Source of the DNA: the human T2T-CHM13v2.0 reference genome, Homo sapiens
DNA: 64,000 nucleotides
Assembly: GCF_009914755.1 (NCBI RefSeq)
Contig: NC_060928.1
Direction: 5' to 3' (one strand)
Shown here: piece after piece, positions 55,667 to 64,000 of the stretch
Layout of the letters: each line of letters opens with the position of its first letter
How positions within the stretch are numbered: position 1 is the first letter of the stretch
Notes under the pieces: generated by a model
Seen by the model: only the letters and a program-made list of their open reading frames with translations
Databases searched by the model: none
Told to the model about the DNA's origin: nothing
Program-made: the position numbers and the translations under genes

Positions 55667-58102
55667 GACCTGAGAGAGAATCACCCCAAACTGTCATGTT
55701 TATACCTTTCTATGTGGCCCAAATTTATACAATCCTGCAAAATAAATACTGAACCAGCCAGTAGGAGCAATCTGCTTACCAGGCAATCCTTCTGGAAACC
55801 TTGCAGGCTACAAGTCCCAAGACAGCCCTGTAGGCACAAGTCCTAGAGCGACTCACAACATCTGGTCGACTCCACATAAGGTTCAGAGTTCCCCAGGGGG
55901 CATCTCAACCAGTTAGCATAGCCAGACCCGGAGACAGGGGCTCCAAAACTCAGTCATCTCTGATGCTGGGAAGACCAGGACCTCCTGTTTCCCAGATCAA
56001 AAGACAGTATTGTTAACAGTCCGATCTTCTAACCAGGTGGACGAAGTTGAGCCGAGAGAAGCAGAGAAGAACAATGAAAAGACCGTCTCATCAGCTTTCA
56101 CATTCCCAGAGACCAGACTGGACCCCTGCCCTCTATATTAGATGAACTATTTTAGTGTCCTTCCACACAAAACTTGCCTATTTTGATTAAGCAAATTCAA
56201 GACAGATACCTGTGTCTAAAATCAAAAGAATTTTTAAGAATGTACCAATGAACAATTTCATTCTTGTTATTTATCCTGGGACTGGCTTCCATAAAAAATT
56301 CATAGAGCAGAAGCTAATCGACTTGAAAGTTAGAACACTGGGAACAGTTTCCCATCTGCCCCTTATGAATTTCATGACTGTCAGGAAGTTATTTCATCTT
56401 TCTTGCTCAGTTTATTCACCCCATTTAAAATTGCAAACACACACATTCCAGAAGTCCCTACCTTCCTTCCCCACTTGATTTTCCCCATAATAATTTTTAT
56501 TTCTAATATATTAACTTATTTTTAATAATATTTTATTTTATTATTTTATTTATTTTATTTCTAATATTTTTGGATATAAATTTCTAATTATTTTATTTCT
56601 AATATTTTAACTTATTTATTCATTTTGTTAATTGTTCCCCCCCTATATGCAAGTTCCATATAGATGCTTCTGAATCTCCCTGGTCCAGAATAGAATATAA
56701 TACATAAGAATTCAATAGATATTTCTGGCAGTTGTTGTTGAATATATTATGTGATTTGATTATACCGTATCAGTGGTTGCCCTCTTGAGATCCTATGAAC
56801 TCTGTGAGTTCATGAAGATAGTATTAGACAAGCCTCAGGCTAATTTGAATATGACTGAAAGCATAATGGAGATAACACATTTTAACCATCACTATGTTCC
56901 TCCAGCTAACATATCTAACATCTTATTACACAAGAGAATTTAATGCTTCTTAAAATTGCGTTTATTATTACTTTTCACTATTTTCATAAATTATCTATGT
57001 CTTTTGTTAATAAAAAATGATAATGTTATTAGTTTGACCAAAAGTCATAACAAGAGACAATGGAAGAAAGAGCTACAAAATAAATCTTTGGCGTGTGACA
57101 ATTCTCAAGTTAATCTTCTCAAGCCATATTTTGTTACCTTAAAAATAAGTGTGGTATAAGATAGCACATATAAATAGCCTAACATGTACTTAATAAATAC
57201 TAGCTCCTTTTTTTCTTTCACATGGTAGAGAAATAACTCTTTTCCAATCCTAGAATCCAGGATTCTTTGTTGTTGGAGCTGCACAAGCTGAGATGTGTAA
57301 GTGCAGTTTAAGACCAGAATTTCAAAAGATCATATTGTCCACTTAAGAGCTCTTTTAAAAAGTATAATAATAATAAAATAAAAAAAGTTCAACAAATAAA
57401 TAAGGCTTAACAAATCTCTATTAAGCTATCATGAGTTCAATTCTTATTGAACTTATCGAACACTGCAAAATTGGCTCAGAAAAGACAGCAACATAGGTGA
57501 GAATAGTGCTTATATCTCTGATTCTCAGGAAAAGTAACCAGTGTGGGGCAATTCATTGAGTGGTTTATTTCTAGTTGCATAAGGAGAGACTGGGCAAAAG
57601 TGACAGACTGAGATAAAGTTTGAGAAGAAACAGAAAGAGGACACTGGAAGACAGAGTGACAGGGCAGGTAGATGACAAAAGCTAATTCCTTCCTTATGCT
57701 GAGGAGCCCCGTATCTGCATTAGCATTTGAGCAATAGAGGAATTAAACAAGCATATTCCCTCTTTCCCCCATTGGTTGCTAAGTGACACCCAGAAAAGAG
57801 GTCAGAAGAACACAACTTAAAATGGGAATCTTTTTAATTTCTCAACATTTCTCATGCTTCTTGAAAGTAGGAAGCTTTCACGGTTACCTTTGTCAAGAAT
57901 CCCTGAGGCTATGCACGGGACATTAAACACAATAATAATAACTAGGAGCAATTCCTCTATGCCCAGATGTTACCTTAGATACTTTGCACATATTACCTTG
58001 TTTAGTTTTACCCTTCAAAAATTCCACAGTTTTCTAAATATTATTAGTTCCACTTTTAGGATGAGGAAGCTGAGCTTCAGAACAGCTAAGAGGTTTGATT
58101 AA

Positions 58103-58460
58103 TCAAAGATAGGACAGGTTACATTAAATCAACAAACAGCCGCCAAATCTAAATGGTATTTTTTTACACAAAGTTCTTTCTGATTTGAATCCAAGGCACT
58201 CTCCAGAATAACTTTCCTCCATGTGGTGAGTTGAGACTCCAAGCTGATCACCATTTTGAATCTGCAATCTTAATGTGAGACCTCTTCAACAGCTATTTTG
58301 GCAGGAGAAGGAAAACAAGTGGAAGATCTCATACTGACAAATGCTTCAGCCCAGAAGTGGTAGGTGTCACTTCTGTTTACAGCCAATGGGCAGCAAAAAG
58401 CCCTCACTCAACTGTGATTACCCACAAGAGAAGAATTAGATATCAGTAAGTCCTAACAGA
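58103..58460 (-). mobile_element. Old MLT1 (I/J-like) LTR inside a MIR
   Basis: gataggacaggttaca...acaaacagccgccaaatct...gcttcagcccagaagtgg..gtcacttctg. Confidence 0.55.
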
Positions 58461-60035
58461 GGCTTCCCCAAGGCAACATAGGGAAAAGACAGAGTAGCAA
58501 AGACCCTATTTCAAGTGTTTTGATTCCAAATTCCTAGTTTATTGTTTTGTCAGCCAATTAAATAGGAAATTCCAAATGTATAAAAGAAAGATTCTCAAAT
58601 ATTGACAACATTTTAGAAACTGTACATGCTTAGGGAAGATTTAGGGCAAGTAAGAAGTTTCTTGCCACCTTAAATTATACTCTACTGTCAACCAAAAACA
58701 GATGTTTCTGGAACTACAGATGCTTCTGGAAGAGCCAAAAGGGAGAAGTCTATCACTCCTCAGTAATGCCATCATGGTCAGCTCAACACCACCCCAAATA
58801 AACAATCTAATGGTAAACATTACTAGTGTTAGTATTAGTATAGCCTGTATCTATTGAGCAATTGTGTCATAGCAAATGGTTTTGAAAATTCTTTTCACAT
58901 ATTGATTCATTTCATCCTTACAAGAGCCCAATGAATTAAGCATCACTATCAGCCTCGTTCTCATGTGAGAATAAAGGATGCAAGGATCAAGGGGTCAGGT
59001 AACCTAAGTTCAACCTGTAAGCCTGCTACACAAATACAGTTGAAGAAGCAGTCTCCGTCTTTGCCTTTTTACCAGATTGCTCTTTTTGGGTTCCTTGTGT
59101 ATCCAGTTCTAGAGCTACCTCCATGCACAGTCATCTCTGGGTAGGACAAGTCAACACACCAAGTCTCAATAAGTCAGAGAAAGCAACTGGCCAGGTCCAG
59201 AGAGGTAGAAACTGAAGTTTAAAGCTTTGGCTAAATACCAGACACTCGGGTTACACAAACCAGCTCTCAGGACAACCCAGTGGAAAAAAGAACAGGAAGA
59301 AAAGAGCAAATATTTATGGAAACTTGTTAAACTAGCGAAGTGGGAGAGCTCAGCACTCTGTAGAGGATTCGGAACTCCAATGATACAATCCCAGCAGGTT
59401 CCTCCTTTTTACTTTTTATTAGCAGCACTGGTTGAGGCTCACTGTCAGCTGCAATAGGGCTTGTCTTCCCAGAGCATTCTCCTTCTCTGAACAGTTTTTT
59501 TTAATGGAAGAAAAAGCAAGAAAAAAATTTTAAAAAATTTGCTTAAAGAATTTACAAGTAAATTCTCCAAATATGAGAGCTTTTGAGTGATGAATAAGGA
59601 CAAGTTATGAATCTTCTGTAGCCAGAACACTGAATTAGGAGCTTTAAGAATGTATGAGAAGGGACTCAGTATCTCAGCTTTCAATGTCCAGTAGTGTTAG
59701 GATTGAAAACAGCACTGGACTTAGATTTAAAAGATCAGATTTTTGGTTTGCTACCCATGGCACCACAAACAAATCAGTTAACCTCTGTGAGACTCATTAC
59801 ATTGTCTATTAATAGTGAAATATGCATCTCTTATCTCCTAGAATACATGGCATACATAAGAAACACAAAGATTTCATAATACCCCAGACCCTTTCTCTTA
59901 CTTAACAGCCTCTGAAAGTGTGTCTCCTTCTCTTTTGAATGTCCTGTCCCATCCAGTCACCCTTCATATGGCTAATTGTATGAAAACACATATGATCCTG
60001 TATTGCAATGCCATTTTACGTGCCTGTTTCCCAAC

Positions 60036-60106
60036 TCTGCTGTGAACTCCTTCACAACAGAGGATGGTGTCTGCTGTGAACTCCTTCACAGCAGAGGATG
60101 GTGTCT
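60036..60106 (+). repeat. 34-bp tandem duplication with 1 mismatch
   Basis: tctgctgtgaactccttcaca(a/g)cagaggatggtg x2 plus tct. Confidence 0.95.
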
Positions 60107-60149
60107 TGCTATGCATCATTGAATGACCAGCAAACATAGGGGTTGTGCT

Positions 60150-62726
60150 GAAAACGCACAGTGGGGACTTGTAATTCCAGAAATACTATGAACAAAACAT
60201 CATAACACTGAAAATGCTGACTACAATATACACAAACTTCTCATTAAATTCATCAATGGACTGACAAAGAAGGAAAAATATGTAAAGGTCAAAACCTAAA
60301 TGCACAAGGGTAACCCAGAAGGTTGAGCATAGCACTGAAGTCAGCTCGCATCCAGGGTTTGTTTACTGAGCTCCAGTGGTCTTGAGCACTAGTTAACAAG
60401 GAGACAATCCCCAAGGCTCACCCAAAGTAGGAAATCTGATAGGAGATTTCCCAAAGAGCTATGATTTAATTTAAGACTGAACATAAAATGAATCTACCAT
60501 CAAAATGATTACAAAAGGATGATCCTGTCACAAACTTTTACACCGTGTGGAAGACAAAAAGCTCTCTGAACATTCTTAATCATAAGTTGGCCTCCAATCA
60601 GGTTTATTGTTCCAAATCTCCATAGCTGGGTGAAAATTCCTATCTGAAGATTTGGTTTAGAGTATTCTCAAATTAGTGGAACAAATCTCCCCTGAAGGAA
60701 TCAGGTCCAAATGAGGCCTCAAGTAATTCTTCAGATGAGGAATAAGAGGATAGAGCTCACTATCACCTCTTCCATTCAATATTTGTTGGGGGTCCCAACA
60801 AAATAAAATGGAATAAAAGTGATGAATAAAAACATTTCTAGAAAAAAAGAAAAATATTATTATTTATAGACTATATGATTATCCACACACAAAAAAACAA
60901 AATCAACAGATTAACCATTAGGCTCAATAGATATATTATCAGAAGTTCTTGATAAAATATGAAATATGAACAAACAGAAAATAGACTTTAAAAGAGAAAC
61001 CATTTATACAATTAAGTATTTATGTCTGTTAGACGTAAATCTAACAGAAATGGGAAAGAGCTTTATGGAAAATATAAAACTTTATATTGAAAGTTATATA
61101 TTGAAAAACATTAAAGAAGGACAAAATTTTAGAGAAGAGATATGTACATGGATAGGAAGACTCAATATTTATGACACTTCTTTCCAAATTTATTTATAAA
61201 CCTATAAAGTCAATATAACTCTAAGAAATTTTAACAGGTTATTTTTAAGGAACTTGGCAAAATGACTTGAACATTTTATATGAAATAGCAACGCTCCAAG
61301 GACAGCCAAAACACTCCTGAGGAAGAACAGTTTGGGGTTTTATCTTTCACAATACCAGGCATTATTAGATGAGGGTAATTAAAGAAGGCTGGTGTTGGTG
61401 ACAGAAAAATAAGTACAGAAGAAGGAAAAAGGTGGACAAAAACAGGACCACACATATATGGAAACCCGATTTATGACAGCCAGCACTGCAGATCAGTGGC
61501 AAAAGATGACCATTCAGCAAATAATCTTAGAGCAATTGGTTACTTATATGGACCAAAATAAAAATTAACCCCATCTCACACCACACATAAAATCAATTTC
61601 AGCTGGTTTAAATATTTAAATATGAAAATAAAAAATATAAAACTTCTAAAATATAATACAGGAGAATACCAGAATATCTTGATGACATCTGGGGAAGGAA
61701 GGGTTTATAAACAAGAAATAGACAGTATAAATCTTGAGAAAATGAATGATGTACTTTGTCAATGTTAAGAACATCTATGCATCCAAAGGCATAGTACAGA
61801 AACTGAAGTGACAAGTCACCAACCAAGAGAAGGTGTTTGGGAATATATCATGATGAAATTAGTATCCAGACTGTATATACATGTATATACAATTTATATT
61901 AATTGATAAAGACAAACAATTTAATAAAATAAAATGGGAATGTCCTAAATAAGCATCTCACAAAATTAGAAACTGTAATGACAAGTTTTAAAATATTCTT
62001 CACCTCGCTAGTAATCAAACTAATGCAAACTAAAACCACAAGGGGGGACAATTTTTTATCCAATAGATAGGCAAATATTAAAGACTAAGAATAACAAGTG
62101 TTGACAAGGATGTGAGGCAGACATTACCATGATAGACATGAGCTGGGATTGTAAATGGGCATAGCTACTTTGTGTAACAAGGCTACGGCATTATCTAGTT
62201 AGGTTGGAAATGTTCACATCCTGCAGCCCATCAGTTTCATTCTCTGATATCTACGCTGCAGAGAATTTTGCCCATGTATACCATCAATTTATATAATAAT
62301 GTTACTAGAAGCACTTGTAGTAACACGAAAACAAATTTAAAGGAAGTAACTAAAATGCCTATTAAGAGTGAAATGGATAAGTGAATTCCTCCATATCTGT
62401 CCTCTTGCATAGTACTGAAAGAATTCATTACAGTTATGTGAACAACATGGATACATTTCAGAATACCACATTGAGCAAACAAAGCAAATAGCATAAGATC
62501 AATAGCAATGTGATTACATTAATATAAATGTCAAAAGCATGAGAACCCCCCCCAAAATTTATTGTTAACAAATGCAAACATAAATGGTATAACTATAAAG
62601 AAAGGCAAGGAAAGGCTCATCACAAAATTAAGAGTTGTGGTTGCCTCTGAAAGGAGAAGATGAGTGCTTTCATATGGTCGTCTTCACAGTATGGTGAGTG
62701 GATGGTTTATTTTGCTGTCATGTTAT
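60150..62726 (+). mobile_element. Ancient L1M (MC/ME-like): 5' remnant then degraded ORF2 and 3' region
   Basis: ORF2-like tgtacatggataggaagactcaatatt (CTWIGRLNI), aatgcaaactaaaaccaca, aacaagtgttgacaaggatgtgagg; 5' boundary uncertain. Confidence 0.8.
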
Positions 62727-62743
62727 ATAATGTATGCATTTTT

Positions 62744-62992
62744 CCAAACACCTCATGTTCTCACTCATAGGTGGGAATTGAACAATGAGAACACTTGGAC
62801 ACAGGAAGGGGAACATCACACACCCGGGCCTGTCATGGGGTGGGGGGAGGGGGAAGGGATAGCATTAGGAGATATACCTAATGTAAATGACGAATTAATG
62901 GGTGCAGCACACCAACATGGCACATGTATACATATGTAACAAACCTGCATGTTGTGCACATGTATCCTAGAACTTAAAGTATAATAAAAATA
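62744..62992 (+). mobile_element. 5'-truncated L1PA5/6-like insertion
   Basis: 3' UTR ...cctagaacttaaagtataataaaaa; exact 17-bp TSD ataatgtatgcattttt at 62727-62743 and 62993-63009. Confidence 0.95.
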
Positions 62993-63789
62993 ATAATGTA
63001 TGCATTTTTATAATTAATATTAATATATATTTACTACATAATTATAATTAACAAGTTTTTTGATATTTAATATAAAAATTTAATGACACATTGGATAATG
63101 AATAAATTAATTACATACCTCCTTACATTGGAAATAATTAACTTATGAATTTCCCTTTACTAAGTATTTTGCTAATGCTACTAATAACTAATAATTACCA
63201 AACCATTGTTATGTAGCTGGAAATGAGTAACCAGTATTTATACATTATTTCTTTTAATCTTCTCAAACCTGTTTATATCTATGCCCGTTATATAAATGAG
63301 AAGACTATATGAGAAATTAAGTAAATTACCAAGGTTTCATAGGTATTGAAGCGGCCCTTGTTGGCGCCCTTGAGCTCACCAAGCTTTAGTTTTCAGTGTC
63401 TCATGCAACATTTAGATGCTTGGTACATGGTCAGTGGTCAATGTATTGGGAGCATAGTTTCTATTGCCAAGAAGCTTAAATAACCTCACTCAATGACCTC
63501 CTGAGATGAGGCTTGAGAAGGTGACCCCTGCAAGTTGCTGATAATTAGTGAAAATCAATAAGAAGGATGTTAACCATCTTGGGCACTATAAATAAGTCAA
63601 CTCCAGGTGGGGAAGCAAAAAAAAAAAAAAAAAAACAAAAACAAAAAAAACCAGAAACGTGTGGGTTTGTTTTGTTTTCTAAGAAGATTATTATTTAAAA
63701 ACATACAAGACTTCCATTATGGGGAGGAGCAGAGGGAACCAGCAGGTATGGAGCAGTCCTTATGCATGACAGTCACTTTCTCTGTACTC

Positions 63790-63955
63790 TCTCATTTCAT
63801 TTTCATACCCATCCTGCCATGGTATATTTTATTTCTTTCATAGGTAAGAAAACTGGGGCTCAGGCATTATTTCTGACTTACCCAAGCATGCCCATCTAGT
63901 AAGGAAGAGATCTGCATTTGAATCCAGGTCTGTCTTTCTCCAAAGCTGTCTTTAC
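63790..63955 (-). mobile_element. MIR
   Basis: cataggtaagaaaactggggctcag...tgacttacccaag...atttgaatccaggtctgtct. Confidence 0.8.
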
Positions 63956-64000
63956 TCTGCCAGATCAAATCAAGAAAGAAACATCTTTGAGCCTCTGCTA

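Overview
Primate (very probably human) genomic DNA with no recognisable host protein-coding exon. It is intergenic or deep intronic sequence dominated by interspersed repeats. The main elements are: a full-length but inactivated L1PA2/PA3-type LINE-1 (8082-14112, minus) with a 15-bp TSD, inserted in an MLT1 LTR; a complete THE1 MaLR provirus (38723-41036) with a 5-bp TSD; a young 5'-truncated L1 carrying the L1HS-lineage ACG diagnostic, nested in an Alu tail inside an old MaLR LTR (about 32 kb); an old twin-primed (5'-inverted) L1MB; solo THE1, MST, MER57 and MER31 LTRs; Alus; hAT and Tigger fossils; L2; and MIR. Nearly all short ORFs in the track are noise or repeat-derived. The most unusual signal is not a gene. 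It is a cluster of short local copy-paste events between about 21 and 43 kb (40-160 bp, direct and inverted, donors 0.3-2.2 kb away), all about 91-93% identical to their donors by hand count, which look like similar-aged template-switch repair scars. I found no evidence of a novel protein-coding system. Repeat subfamily calls come from my recollection of consensus sequences and need RepeatMasker/Dfam confirmation.
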